64,000 nucleotides of DNA from Nitrospirota bacterium (GTDB lineage: Bacteria > Nitrospirota > UBA9217): contig CAWJQQ010000008.1 in the NCBI GenBank assembly GCA_963845065.1, forward strand, positions 160,001 to 224,000, given 5' to 3'. Under the pieces are notes generated by a model. It was not told where the DNA came from. It did not search any database and was given only the letters and a program-made list of their open reading frames with translations. A program made the position numbers and the translations under genes. Shown one piece after another: positions 44,160 through 54,872 of the stretch. Each line of letters opens with the position of its first letter. The first letter of the stretch is position 1.

Positions 44160-44661
44160 GCGATAAAACGGTAAGGGGGAGACCCGAGGAGAATACATGC
44201 GAAGTTTGTATTTATCTGCCGAGCTCCGTTATGCCATTTTTCTGAGTTATAAATTAATCGCCCTCGGATAATAATCGAATAAAACAGATTCGTTTTTTTC
44301 CAACTCCAGCTCTAGGTTCCACTGCATTACCTGTTCACAGTGTTCGTAGCGCCTGATAATATCTTTCCTTCGTGTTGCAGACTGGTAGCGAACGATATTC
44401 TAATTGACGGCAAAATTTCTGATTGCATGAGTCGGAGAGAAAGTGTCGTTAGTGGAATTTCAGCGTCGCGCTGCCGTCTACTGGTGGATCAGCAAGAGGG
44501 GCAGCATCTGACAGCGCGCGAATATACCGGACCTGAAACCCGCTCCCTCATCCAATGGACCAATAGCATCGTCAAGTTTTGCTGTGAGGTATGTATCTTT
44601 CTTGACAACCGGTAATCCAGTGCCTACACTTAAAGCTAGAGCGTTTGTTGAAGGAGGCCGC

Positions 44662-47118
44662 ATGAACATCCAGGAACGAGAAGTAGGGCTGAGTGAACTT
44701 CGCCATGTCTGCGACATTGCGGAATTTGCGTTTCAAAACACTGACGAACTTGCACGAAAAGAAGAAGTGATCGGTCAGGCGCGGGCCGTGAGGGCGATTG
44801 AGTTCGGCCTCTCGATCAAAAACCACGGCTACAACATCTTTGTCTCCGGCGTCCCGGGCACAGGCAGAAACTCCATTGCTCGGTCGATCGTCAAACGTAT
44901 TTCTCAGAACATGCCGGTGCCGGATGACTGGTGTTTCATTAATAATTTCAAGGACCCCGATCGGCCACGTGCCATCAAGCTGCCCCCCGGAAAGGGCGGT
45001 GAGTTCCGGCACGATATCGAAAAATTTATCGAGTTCATACAAAGCGAGCTTCCCAAGGTCTTTGAATCTAAGGAGTACGAGGAACAGAAGTCGAGTATCT
45101 TAGAAGGGTCCGAAAGGGCTAAGGAGGTCCTGTTCAGCGACGCTGGAAAACGTGCGCAAGAAGTGGGGTTCCAGCTTACAATCACCCGTACCGGCATCGT
45201 CAAGGTCCCTTTGTGGAGGGGCAAGCCGCTCCAGCCGCAGGAACTTGAGGAACTGTCCGCGGAGCAGAAGCGAGAGCTGGAAGAGCACGAGAAAAAAGTT
45301 GATTCCGAGATACGTGATTTCCTTGCCAAGGCACGTCAACTCGACAAAGAAGCCCACGAGAAAGTCCATGAGTTGAACCGGCGAGTTGCGCATTTCGCCA
45401 TGGGCCACCAGCTTGATGACTTTCGAGAAAAATTTCGAATCAATCCGCACATCTCCGAGTTTCTGGGTGAAATGGAAGATGACATTCTCGGTAATCTGCG
45501 GGAGTTTCTAGGACAGACGCCGGAGCTGCCGTTCCCCATCGAGGGCATGGATAAGGCGAGCTTCCTCGAACGCTACAAGGTAAACCTTATTGTCGACAAC
45601 TCAGAGACCAAGGGAGGCCCGGTTATTGAGGAGGTAAACCCCACGTACAATAATCTGGTGGGTCGCATCGAACGCAAAGCGCGCTTCGGCGCGTTTTACA
45701 CCAACTTCTCAATGATCCGGTCCGGCTCACTCCTGCAGGCCAACGGCGGTTATCTTCTCTTGAACGCCATCGACGTGCTCCGGAGCCCTTTCTCATGGGA
45801 CGCACTCAAGCGCGTCATCAAGAAGAACGAGGTGAAGATTGAGGACCTCATGGAACTCTACGGCTACGGCACTGGCGGCATCAAGCCGGAGCCTATCCCC
45901 ATCTCGCTCAAAATCATCATGCTTGGAAGCCCCTGGCTCTACTACCTTCTCTATAATTACGACGAGGACTTCAAGGACATCTTCAAGGTCAAGTCGGATT
46001 TTGATACCCAGACCACGAGTTCAAAGGACGAAATGATGCGGTATGCCGTGTTTATCGCGAACATGGCGCAGAGTGACGGCCTCCTTCCTTTCGACCGAAG
46101 CGCCGTGGGAACCATCGTAGAACATGCCTCGCGGCTTGCTGAGAAGAAGAACAAGCTCTCGCTCCGTTTCAGCGACCTTACGGATTTGGTACGCGAGTCG
46201 TCGTACTGGGCCACGCAGGCCGGACAGAAGGCCGTGATGAGTGAACATGTAGACAAGGCCCTGAATGAAAAAATCTACCGTGCCAATCTGGTCGATGAAC
46301 GCATCCAGGAAATGTTCACCGAAGGAACGATCATGGTCGACGTGTCGGGCTCAGCGGTCGCGCAGGTGAACGGCTTGTCAGTATACGACATCGGCGATTT
46401 CTATTTCGGCAAGCCGTCGCGCATCACGAGCCGGGTTTACCTCGGCAGATCAGGAGTGATCGACATCGAGCGCGAGGCCAAGCTCTCGGGACGCATCTAC
46501 AACAAGGGGGTGCTCATTCTTTCGGGCTACCTTGGTGGTACTTATGCCAGAGACAAGCCGCTGTCTTTGTCCGCTACGCTTGCCTTTGAACAGAGTTACG
46601 GCGAGGTCGAAGGCGACAGTGCCTCGGCGGCAGAGCTCATCGCGCTCATCTCCGGTATTGCCGAAGTGCCGATCAAACAGAACTTTGCCATTACCGGCTC
46701 GATAAATCAGAAGGGTGAAATCCAGCCCATCGGCGGCGTGAACGAAAAAATCGAAGGATTTTTCAGCGTATGCAAGAACCTGGGTCTCACGGGCGACCAG
46801 GGCGTGATTATCCCGGAGCTCAACGTGAAGAACCTGATGTTGAAGAAAGAAGTAGTCGATGCAGCGAGGGAAGGAAAATTTCACGTCTATTCGGTCAGGA
46901 CCGTGGGTGAGGCGATCGAATTGCTGACCGGTTTGCCTTCGGGCGAGCGCAAGGAAGACGGATCGTATCCGGAAGGCTCCGTGAATTTCCTCGTCGACAA
47001 ACGACTCAATGAGATGTCAAAGAAACTGAAGACTGAAGACAAAGGGGAGGAAAAAAAGGAGAAGAAAGAAGAGAACGACGAAGCGGCCCCAGAGAAGTCC
47101 CCGGAGCCGGGAGCATAG
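44662..47118 (+). CDS. Lon-like (LonC-type) protease
   Basis: IGQ.RA, degenerate Walker A GVPGTGR, ANGGYL, EQSY..VEGDSAS (Ser), GGVNEKIEGF (Lys); AGGAGG SD. Confidence 0.92.
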   Translation: MNIQEREVGLSELRHVCDIAEFAFQNTDELARKEEVIGQARAVRAIEFGLSIKNHGYNIFVSGVPGTGRNSIARSIVKRISQNMPVPDDWCFINNFKDPDRPRAIKLPPGKGGEFRHDIEKFIEFIQSELPKVFESKEYEEQKSSILEGSERAKEVLFSDAGKRAQEVGFQLTITRTGIVKVPLWRGKPLQPQELEELSAEQKRELEEHEKKVDSEIRDFLAKARQLDKEAHEKVHELNRRVAHFAMGHQLDDFREKFRINPHISEFLGEMEDDILGNLREFLGQTPELPFPIEGMDKASFLERYKVNLIVDNSETKGGPVIEEVNPTYNNLVGRIERKARFGAFYTNFSMIRSGSLLQANGGYLLLNAIDVLRSPFSWDALKRVIKKNEVKIEDLMELYGYGTGGIKPEPIPISLKIIMLGSPWLYYLLYNYDEDFKDIFKVKSDFDTQTTSSKDEMMRYAVFIANMAQSDGLLPFDRSAVGTIVEHASRLAEKKNKLSLRFSDLTDLVRESSYWATQAGQKAVMSEHVDKALNEKIYRANLVDERIQEMFTEGTIMVDVSGSAVAQVNGLSVYDIGDFYFGKPSRITSRVYLGRSGVIDIEREAKLSGRIYNKGVLILSGYLGGTYARDKPLSLSATLAFEQSYGEVEGDSASAAELIALISGIAEVPIKQNFAITGSINQKGEIQPIGGVNEKIEGFFSVCKNLGLTGDQGVIIPELNVKNLMLKKEVVDAAREGKFHVYSVRTVGEAIELLTGLPSGERKEDGSYPEGSVNFLVDKRLNEMSKKLKTEDKGEEKKEKKEENDEAAPEKSPEPGA

Positions 47119-47262
47119 TTTTGAGAAGATGGCTCAAGTGAGTCGAATGGTTTATGGCGCAGCCTAGATTCGGTGAATGATGGGTGGGATGTTGAAATCA
47201 GCCCGGTTTCGCTCAAACTCGTCGGCAAAGTTTAAACTGCCTTACTTAGTGAAAGGGTTTCC

Positions 47263-47535
47263 ATGCACTGGAAAAAACGCATTATCGTTTTCCTCATTCT
47301 GCTTTTCCTTGTTTCCACGTTCGTGGCAGTATCGCACCACCATGAAAATACAGCGGATGACCACGACTGCCCAATCTGTATTGCAATTAATCATGCGTCT
47401 GCAACCAGCCAATGGATGGTTGCTTTTGATAACGTCCACTATGCCTTAATAGAAACGACAGTTGCCGCTTCCTCGCCAGTTTTTACCGATAATCTCTTTT
47501 CCTATTCCCTACGCAATCGCGCACCGCCAGTATAA
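47263..47535 (+). CDS. DUF2946-like leader protein with HHH, CxxC and C-terminal RAPP
   Basis: Hydrophobic N-terminus, SHHHE...DHDCPIC, ends NRAPPV. Confidence 0.8.
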   Translation: MHWKKRIIVFLILLFLVSTFVAVSHHHENTADDHDCPICIAINHASATSQWMVAFDNVHYALIETTVAASSPVFTDNLFSYSLRNRAPPV

Positions 47536-47732
47536 ATACCCGCAAGTTTGCATCTCACTATCTAATGGTAAGAGCGGGACTACCCTATCGATATTCAGTT
47601 GGTCACAAAGGGAAGCTGCCTTCTTAATCTTTCCGCAATGGCTTATTTCTTTCAGGAAAATTGAGTACGAGCTCAATAAAGAGCCCGTTCGATCCATTTA
47701 CACGCATAATTAACTCTTTCACGGAGGGTCTT

Positions 47733-49148
47733 ATGAAACGAGTATTGTGCATCACCTGCGTACTTATTTTCTGCTCGTTCAGTACGACAGTTTTTGCCGC
47801 CGATACGGCTGATCGGCTCAATAATCTCGAAGACACGGTGCAAAAACAATCAAAGACCATTGAAGAACAACAAAACACTATAGATTCATTGAAGGAAAGT
47901 TTCTCAAATCAAAAGGACCAGCGGCCCGTACAAAAGGGCCAAGAACCGCAGCAAACAAACCAGGAACTCCAGCAGAAAGTCCAAGAGTTGAACGAGAAAC
48001 TTGATCAAGTGGTCGAAACGCAGAAGAAGGAAATTCCAAGCGAATTCAATCCGGCCATCGGGCTCGTTGGTGAAACAATCTTCTCTTATCGCAGCAAAGG
48101 CTCAGAGGAAACGGGTAGCAACCGGCCTGGCGGGTATGATATATTTCAGCGTTCGGTGGAACTGAACGCAGCCTCGTCAGTGGATCCGTTCGCGAAGGGC
48201 TATGTAGTAGTCAACGCATCAGCCGACCCGGTTACAGGTGAATCGATTTTGGACGTCGAAGAGGCTGCAATCCAGACAACCTCACTGCAAGGGAACTTGG
48301 AGTTGAAGGCGGGGCGGTTCTTCGGCGAATTCGGCCGCCTGGGCTACATCCACGATCATGAGCTGCCTTTTGTCAATCGACCACTCGTACTCGAGCAGTA
48401 CATCGGCGGCGAGTCTAGAACGGATGGGTTGCAGATTAATTGGCTGGTTCCGGTCGAGCACTACATCAGCTTAACGCTCGGCACGGGTAATCAGTTTGGT
48501 GGAGATAACCCCCCAAACTTTATCGGAGATTACCGTCAGGGTAGCGGCTTGAACTATTGGGGACGCTTGTCTACATATTTTGACCTGACACCAGATATCT
48601 CACTCGAACCAGGTATCTCAGGCCTCTGGAATCCGAGTACCATTGCGCAATGGGCACCCGACCCCGCTAATCCATCATTTCCAACCGTGGATAGCAACAC
48701 GTTTACCGAACGTGAGCGTCGCCTCGTAGGAGTGGACTTGGTGCTGAGCTGGAAGCCTCTACGCAACAATCAATTTAAAACCATTACTTGGGGCACGGAA
48801 GTGCTGTACAGCGACAATCGTTATGATGTGACGGATCCTGCGGGCAATGCACTGCCCAACCGGTCCGTCAGCTCCACTGGTCTTTACTCATATATCACGT
48901 ACAAATTTCATCGGCAGTGGACAACCGGAATCCAATATGAATGGCTGGAAAACGAGCAGAACAATCAGGCCAAAACCTCCGCGGAATCCGCAAACATAAC
49001 ATGGGCCTTGAGCCACTGGAACCAGCTGCGCCTTCAATATACGCACACCGACAACAATGCTGCAACCGGCCTGCGCCCTGATGATGCCGTTTATCTGCAA
49101 TGGGCGTGGATCATCGGCTCACATGCGCATGGATGGCAGCAACGCTAA
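47733..49148 (+). CDS. Putative metal-uptake outer-membrane beta-barrel with N-terminal coiled coil
   Basis: Signal peptide, coiled coil, FNPAIG, VDPF, HDHELPFV..P, C-terminal IGSHAH; upstream of a metal ABC transporter. Confidence 0.75.
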   Translation: MKRVLCITCVLIFCSFSTTVFAADTADRLNNLEDTVQKQSKTIEEQQNTIDSLKESFSNQKDQRPVQKGQEPQQTNQELQQKVQELNEKLDQVVETQKKEIPSEFNPAIGLVGETIFSYRSKGSEETGSNRPGGYDIFQRSVELNAASSVDPFAKGYVVVNASADPVTGESILDVEEAAIQTTSLQGNLELKAGRFFGEFGRLGYIHDHELPFVNRPLVLEQYIGGESRTDGLQINWLVPVEHYISLTLGTGNQFGGDNPPNFIGDYRQGSGLNYWGRLSTYFDLTPDISLEPGISGLWNPSTIAQWAPDPANPSFPTVDSNTFTERERRLVGVDLVLSWKPLRNNQFKTITWGTEVLYSDNRYDVTDPAGNALPNRSVSSTGLYSYITYKFHRQWTTGIQYEWLENEQNNQAKTSAESANITWALSHWNQLRLQYTHTDNNAATGLRPDDAVYLQWAWIIGSHAHGWQQR

Positions 49149-49170
49149 ATCTGTATAGGAGGAATATGCT

Positions 49171-50103
49171 ATGAAATCCAAATTATTCAATTTAATATCG
49201 ATCATCGCGCTAACCGGGGCATTGTGTGGGTGGGCGGCGCCCGCTCATGCTGCCAAAGTTCGAATTGTAACGACGCTTACAGACCTCGCTGATTTTGCAC
49301 GAGCTGTGGGGGGGGACCTAGTCGACGTCCATAGCCTAGCGACGGGCGTTGAAGACACGCATGGGGTTCCGATGAAACCGAGCTTTGTACCGCTAATGAA
49401 CCGAGCGGACCTGCTGATTCTTGTCGGGTTAGATTGCGAGCACGCATTCCTGCCCGCGCTCTTGGAGGCGAGTAAGAATCCCAACATCCAGAAGGGCACA
49501 CCCGGCTATGTGGACTGCTCAAAAGGCATCTTCCCACTCGATGTGCCCAAGTCGACGGACCACTATCAGGGCGACGTTCATCCCTATGGCAACCCGCATT
49601 ACATGCTTGACCCGGTGTTGGCGAAGACCGCAATCGAAAACATCTACAACGCACTTGTAGCTTTCGCCCCACAGTATGAGACAGAACTCACACGCAACCG
49701 CGACGTTTATCTCGCCAAGCTAGATGCCAAAATTGCGGAGTGGAAGATGGATGCCAAACAGCTCAAAGGCGTGAAGTTTGTATCCTATCACGAGCATTGG
49801 CCATACTTTGCGAAGCGCTTTGGCATGGATTATTTCGGCACGATCGAACTGAAGCCAGGCATCGATCCGACCCCGCGTCACATTGAGGAATTAAGTAAAT
49901 CAATGATGTCCGAACATGTTACTATCGTCGTACGTGAGCCACAGTTTCCCGAAAAAGTACCGAAAAACATCGCTGAACAGACCGGTGCAACTATGATAAC
50001 ATTACCTATTATGCCTGGTGGCGTGCCCAATACGGAGACGTATATTAAAATGATGGATTACATTATTCACACGATGGTAACTGCCATGCAAGCAAGGCAA
50101 TAA
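49171..50103 (+). CDS. Zn/Mn ABC transporter substrate-binding protein (ZnuA/TroA family)
   Basis: EDTH, GDVHPYGNPHY, SYHEHW.YF, PTPRH. Confidence 0.92.
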   Translation: MKSKLFNLISIIALTGALCGWAAPAHAAKVRIVTTLTDLADFARAVGGDLVDVHSLATGVEDTHGVPMKPSFVPLMNRADLLILVGLDCEHAFLPALLEASKNPNIQKGTPGYVDCSKGIFPLDVPKSTDHYQGDVHPYGNPHYMLDPVLAKTAIENIYNALVAFAPQYETELTRNRDVYLAKLDAKIAEWKMDAKQLKGVKFVSYHEHWPYFAKRFGMDYFGTIELKPGIDPTPRHIEELSKSMMSEHVTIVVREPQFPEKVPKNIAEQTGATMITLPIMPGGVPNTETYIKMMDYIIHTMVTAMQARQ

Positions 50104-50158
50104 ATATAAGGAGAGGGGCTGTCCACCCGAGTTCTTGGGCGGACACTCATAACAGACG

Positions 50159-50872
50159 ATGACTGAATCACTAATCACGCTGGATAACCTGAGTATAGGC
50201 TACAACGGCCAGCCGGTGCTGTCCGGACTTACACTCTCCATTACCCGTGCAAGCTTCACCGCTATTCTCGGCGCTAATGGCTCGGGCAAATCGACATTAC
50301 TCAAAACGCTCCTTGGGCTGCTGCCGCCAGTCGCTGGCCGCATTGATATCTCATCGGCAGGTGCACCGCTCACGTTCGGCTATGTCCCTCAATCTAATCG
50401 GTTCGACTCGGTTTATCTGCTTACGGGGTTCGATGTCGCACTTATGGGCGTTTATGGTCGAATACGCGTGGGCCATCTCATCCCCCCGGAAGAACGTAAC
50501 TTCACGCGCGAATGTCTGCATGCAGTGGGTGCGGAGGGTTTTTTTCACAAGCGCTTTGCTGAACTGTCCGGCGGCCAGAAACAACGTGTGCTCATCGCTC
50601 GCGCCTTGGCAACACGCCCCGACGTCCTCGTACTGGACGAACCCACGGCGGGCGTAGACCGTGAGGCAACGACCGCCGTGCTAGAGTTCATTTCGGAGAT
50701 CTGCAAGGAAAAAAAAATCACGGTTCTGCTCGTTACGCACGACTTTTCGGCCGTCCGTCACTACGCTGAGAAATGCATCTGGCTGCACGAGGGAAAGGTT
50801 TTCCAAGGGGCAGCTGACGAACTGCTCACAGCCGAACGGATGGCGGAAATATTTGCAATAGGGATGGGTTGA
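50159..50872 (+). CDS. Metal ABC transporter ATP-binding protein
   Basis: GANGSGKS, GYVPQ, LSGGQ, LDEP, VTHD. Confidence 0.94.
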   Translation: MTESLITLDNLSIGYNGQPVLSGLTLSITRASFTAILGANGSGKSTLLKTLLGLLPPVAGRIDISSAGAPLTFGYVPQSNRFDSVYLLTGFDVALMGVYGRIRVGHLIPPEERNFTRECLHAVGAEGFFHKRFAELSGGQKQRVLIARALATRPDVLVLDEPTAGVDREATTAVLEFISEICKEKKITVLLVTHDFSAVRHYAEKCIWLHEGKVFQGAADELLTAERMAEIFAIGMG

Positions 50873-50873
50873 C

Positions 50874-51743
50874 ATGGAGATACTTCAACAGATTCTCTCT
50901 TTTGATTTTCTTCTCCGGAACTCGCTTTACACCAGCGTGCTCGTCGGCTTCGCTTGCCCGCTCGTTGGTGTCTTTCTCGTCATGCGCCGGCTGGTGTTCA
51001 TGGGTGTGGCACTGCCCCAGATTTCCTCGACCGGTGTTGCTATCGCTCTCTCGCTTCCTCTGTGGCTTGGATTCAAACTGACCGAGCACGGCTCACACAG
51101 CGCGCACGCGCTCGCATTTGTCGGCTCAATAACATTCTCGCTGACCGCGATCCTTGTGCTGGCATTCCTGGAACGACGCGGGCGCGGACAGCCTGAAGGC
51201 CGGCTCGGCAGCGCTTACGTTGTTGCCGCGGCGTTGAGTATTTTAGTGCTGTCAAAAAACCCCTACGGAGAAATCGGCTGGCTTGATATGCTGAAAGGGG
51301 AAGTCATCGCCATTTCAAATTTTGATCTTGTGCTGACCGCGGCAACGCTTACTCTTGTTCTTGTAGCACTAGGCCTGTCCCACAAAGAATTACTCCTCGT
51401 CTCGTTCGACCGCGAGATGGCAATTATTCTTCGTAAAAACGTCGTTTTCTGGGACGTTTTGCTCTATTTACTGATTGGATTAACTGTCTCGATGGCAGTA
51501 CTGAGTGTCGGTCCGCTCATCGCATTCGGATTTCTGCTGATTCCCGCGCTAACTGCGCACCAATACGCGCGCAACATGCGCCAGTTTACATTGCAGGCCT
51601 CTTTGATTGGCGGCGCAACCGCGTTTTTCGGCTTCTGGATGGCATATCGATGGGATTTACCGGTCGGCCCGACAGATGTTGTCCTCCTTGGTGTTCTCTA
51701 CGCGATAGGCTGGTTAGTCGCCAAGCTTCTCCCGAGAGATTAA
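50874..51743 (+). CDS. Metal ABC transporter permease (ABC-3 family)
   Basis: GVFLVMRR, SFDREMA, LLIPALTA, DLPVG; hydrophobic. Confidence 0.92.
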   Translation: MEILQQILSFDFLLRNSLYTSVLVGFACPLVGVFLVMRRLVFMGVALPQISSTGVAIALSLPLWLGFKLTEHGSHSAHALAFVGSITFSLTAILVLAFLERRGRGQPEGRLGSAYVVAAALSILVLSKNPYGEIGWLDMLKGEVIAISNFDLVLTAATLTLVLVALGLSHKELLLVSFDREMAIILRKNVVFWDVLLYLLIGLTVSMAVLSVGPLIAFGFLLIPALTAHQYARNMRQFTLQASLIGGATAFFGFWMAYRWDLPVGPTDVVLLGVLYAIGWLVAKLLPRD

Positions 51744-51982
51744 CGACTACTAACAAAAGGGTGAGCAGAGCAGTCCATTTTTGGAACAACGGTTCAGGAA
51801 TGAAGACTTCGGCCGCAACGGTTATGGTTGCTCGTTGAGTATAATTTATTTCGTTGTCACCGGCGTGCGTACCTAGAACATATAGTACCGCAAAATTACC
51901 GAGAAGATTAGTCGAAGATCTTTCCGGAGGGCTTCGGAGATCTAATAAGCAATGAATCCATCAACAAGATGAGGTGATTGTT

Positions 51983-52321
51983 ATGGCCAGATATTTTAGC
52001 AGTTTCAAGTTTAAGGCGGTTCTGATTTCTATCGCGGCTTGCATTCTAGTAGTGCTGTATAGTTATTTTATTGCGGACACCATCCAAACGAGAATAACCG
52101 ACGCGCAAATGACAAAGGTTGATGGAAGATTTATGATTGCTACCGAAGACCAGCCGTTTGTGAACGAGGATGTCTGGTACCGTTTCAAATTTGATTCTGG
52201 CACGGTCCAGAACGATGCGATACGGTTAAAAGGGAAAGTAGTAAAGATCAAGAAGTATGGCTGGAGAATACCAATCTTTTCCCAATATGAGAATGTCGTG
52301 AGCATTAAAGAGATAAGGTAG
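51983..52321 (+). CDS. Small membrane-anchored protein (DUF1523-like)
   Basis: N-terminal TM helix, F.NED...FKFDS...YGWRIP.FS.Y.N; GAGGTG SD. Confidence 0.65.
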   Translation: MARYFSSFKFKAVLISIAACILVVLYSYFIADTIQTRITDAQMTKVDGRFMIATEDQPFVNEDVWYRFKFDSGTVQNDAIRLKGKVVKIKKYGWRIPIFSQYENVVSIKEIR

Positions 52322-52556
52322 AGCGCTCACTGCTCGCGATATCGTGTAAGTCGTACGCTATGTATCTTATTAAGCCAGTCACACACACTTCAGTATCATC
52401 CTACGCTATAATAAATTACAAAACATAACCAGGAACTGCTGCGTGTTCTCAACGACACGGTATTGTCAGATAGATATTCTTTCGGGAAAGATGATGATCC
52501 TTATGCCGTGGCAGAGTCGATGAACAGGTAGCCCATACGGGAAAGGGAAAAATAAC

Positions 52557-52970
52557 ATGAGAACACCTCCTTGGATGGCGCCTGCAGTACTTGCAATGGT
52601 CCTGTGGGGCGTATGGGGATTGTTTCAGAAACTGGCCACGAACGAGATGTCGCCGCGGAATGTCTACTTTGCGTCTGCCCTCGGCGCGGTGTCAGTCGTC
52701 CTCGCCCTTCTGGCTACGACAAAATTTCCGATTCCCATGAACTACGAAGGTGCGTTTTTTGGGGTTCTTGCAGGCGTTTGCAGTTCGCTCGGCGGCCTGT
52801 TCTTCTTACAGGCCATAAGTAGAGGCGAGGTTGCGATCGTAATTACGTTTACTGCGCTTTACCCGCTGGTCTCGATCATCCTCTCCTTCATTCTTTTACA
52901 TGAAACGATCACTCTGAAGCAGGGCATTGGCATAGTTTTGGCGATATTTTCAATGGTACTGTTGGTGTAG
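52557..52970 (+). CDS. EamA/DMT-family small transporter
   Basis: WG..G.FQK, ALYP, L.E.ITL....GI; five hydrophobic helices. Confidence 0.88.
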   Translation: MRTPPWMAPAVLAMVLWGVWGLFQKLATNEMSPRNVYFASALGAVSVVLALLATTKFPIPMNYEGAFFGVLAGVCSSLGGLFFLQAISRGEVAIVITFTALYPLVSIILSFILLHETITLKQGIGIVLAIFSMVLLV

Positions 52971-53188
52971 AGACAGCGACATGTTGATGGAATTTGGAAG
53001 ACATATTAAGTGTAATCAGCATTAAGTATGATTTCTGTTGTTATATTTAAACAGAGAATCGATCAAGTCTCCCAGCCCGTTGACAGTTTCTTAGGGCGGT
53101 GCTATCCTCAAACAAAGAATAGATAATATTCTGAATTTAGCGGTATTCGCTGACAGTAGTTAAAACGTAAGCAGAGAGGTAACCTGCT

Positions 53189-53464
53189 ATGAAATTCATG
53201 ATTGAATCACATCACTCCGAGCAAGAGTGTCTGAGGGCGCTGGATGAGCAGCTCGCAAAGGGGCCGGAAATTCTTAAGATGTTCAACTATGGCTGCATGT
53301 CAGGTGACCACACTGCATATGCGCTGGTGGACGTAAAAAATGATAGCGAGGCACGCAATCTTGTACCCGGCTTCTTACTAAACAAGGCACGGATCATTGA
53401 GGTAGGCATATTTACCCCCGAAGTAGTCAAGTCGCTTCATAACACCAAAGCAAAAGCGGCGTAA
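53189..53464 (+). CDS. Small hypothetical protein with His/Cys motifs
   Basis: GAGGT SD; ESHH...ECL, GC..GDH pattern. Confidence 0.7.
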   Translation: MKFMIESHHSEQECLRALDEQLAKGPEILKMFNYGCMSGDHTAYALVDVKNDSEARNLVPGFLLNKARIIEVGIFTPEVVKSLHNTKAKAA

Positions 53465-53838
53465 GCATTCACGTCGTGAGGCAGAATTGACTGCAGTCCG
53501 GAGGGGAAGACAGAGAGCACAAGCACTTTACAAATTTTTTTGCGTAGTCTGCATCTCAGCGTGACGATAATTAGATCTATCCTGTAACGCCTTTCTCTGG
53601 GAGTGATGGCTGTCGTTATTCAAGTGCATTTCTTGATATGTTCCCTAGGCGGTGTTAAGCTTAGAAAAAGATATATGCTTTTCTGATAGACATGACCATC
53701 AGATAGAAGATTACAAAGGGAAAGAGGACGTTTTCGGATTGAAAAGTTGAATCGTTTTTGAAGAAGTGGTTTGGTCCAATTCAACAAAGGTGTCACGATG
53801 CGGGATGGGTAGCTTGGGACCCGCAGAGAAGAGGTGAA

Positions 53839-54789
53839 ATGTCGAGACCGTCTGCTGATTTTAAATTTGGAAATCAATATGCTATCATTGGCGGGTATAG
53901 GATTCACTACGTGGAGGCTGGGAGAGGAGATCCGGTGCTTTTTATTCATGGTAATCCGACTTCATCCTACCTGTGGAGGAATGTATTGCCGAGGGTGGCG
54001 GGCAACCTGGGCAGAAGAGGAATTGCCCTCGACCTCCTGGGTTTCGGAAAGTCAGACAAACGTGATGACGTGGTCTATACATCCCGTCTCCACGCGGACA
54101 TTGTAGAGGCATTCATCGAAAAGCTTGATCTCAAGAACTTAATTCTTGTTCTACATGAATGGGGCGGCCCGCTTGGAGCCGCCTATGCGGTCAATCACCC
54201 TGACAATGTCTGGGGACTCGCGTTTATGGAAACTTTTGTATGGCCCTATTCATGGAACGACCTCGGGAGGTTTGCGCCAGCGTTCCGGTTATTGCGTTCT
54301 CCGTTTGGTTATATCTTGATACAGATGATGAACATCTTCATGAATAAAATTCTTCCCCGCTCCGTGATACATAAGGAGAACTTGTCGCAAGAAGTAATGC
54401 GCCACTACCGGGAACCATTCCCAACCAATAGTTCACGGAAGGCTATAAGGGCTTTTCCGAAGCTCCTTCCGATTGCCGGCCAGCCAGCGGAGAGTGAGGA
54501 CTTTATCGAAGAAGTATATAAAAGGCTGCAAGGCGTGAAGTTCCCCTTGCTGTGGATCAAGGCAACGCCGGGAGCCATTGTTTCGAAGGAAACGGAATAC
54601 CATCTTCACCTCCTTCAAAATATTCTGCCGCAGCTCATCATCAAAGATTTTGGGCCGGGTATTCATTACCTCCAGGAAGACGATCCGGAAAAGATTGCTA
54701 ATCTGATCACAGAATGGGTGCGTCAGTGCAAGCGAACGAATTCCGATGCCGCCCATTGGCATCCAATAAGTGTTGATCGCGCTGCCTGA
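53839..54789 (+). CDS. Haloalkane-dehalogenase-family alpha/beta hydrolase
   Basis: HGNPTSSYLWRN, DLLGFGKSDK, HEWGG elbow, GIHYLQED; GAGGTG SD before ATG 53839. Confidence 0.88.
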   Translation: MSRPSADFKFGNQYAIIGGYRIHYVEAGRGDPVLFIHGNPTSSYLWRNVLPRVAGNLGRRGIALDLLGFGKSDKRDDVVYTSRLHADIVEAFIEKLDLKNLILVLHEWGGPLGAAYAVNHPDNVWGLAFMETFVWPYSWNDLGRFAPAFRLLRSPFGYILIQMMNIFMNKILPRSVIHKENLSQEVMRHYREPFPTNSSRKAIRAFPKLLPIAGQPAESEDFIEEVYKRLQGVKFPLLWIKATPGAIVSKETEYHLHLLQNILPQLIIKDFGPGIHYLQEDDPEKIANLITEWVRQCKRTNSDAAHWHPISVDRAA

Positions 54790-54872
54790 TTACCACTATG
54801 CAGTCAGACGATGCCATGGTTAGAGAGAACCTGATCATACTTAATCAAGCAAAAAGGAGAGCTAAGACTAAT

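Noticed and set aside
44160..44640. Possible gene remnants at 44.2-44.6 kb and 60.1-60.55 kb
   Set aside because: No family motif could be recognised by eye
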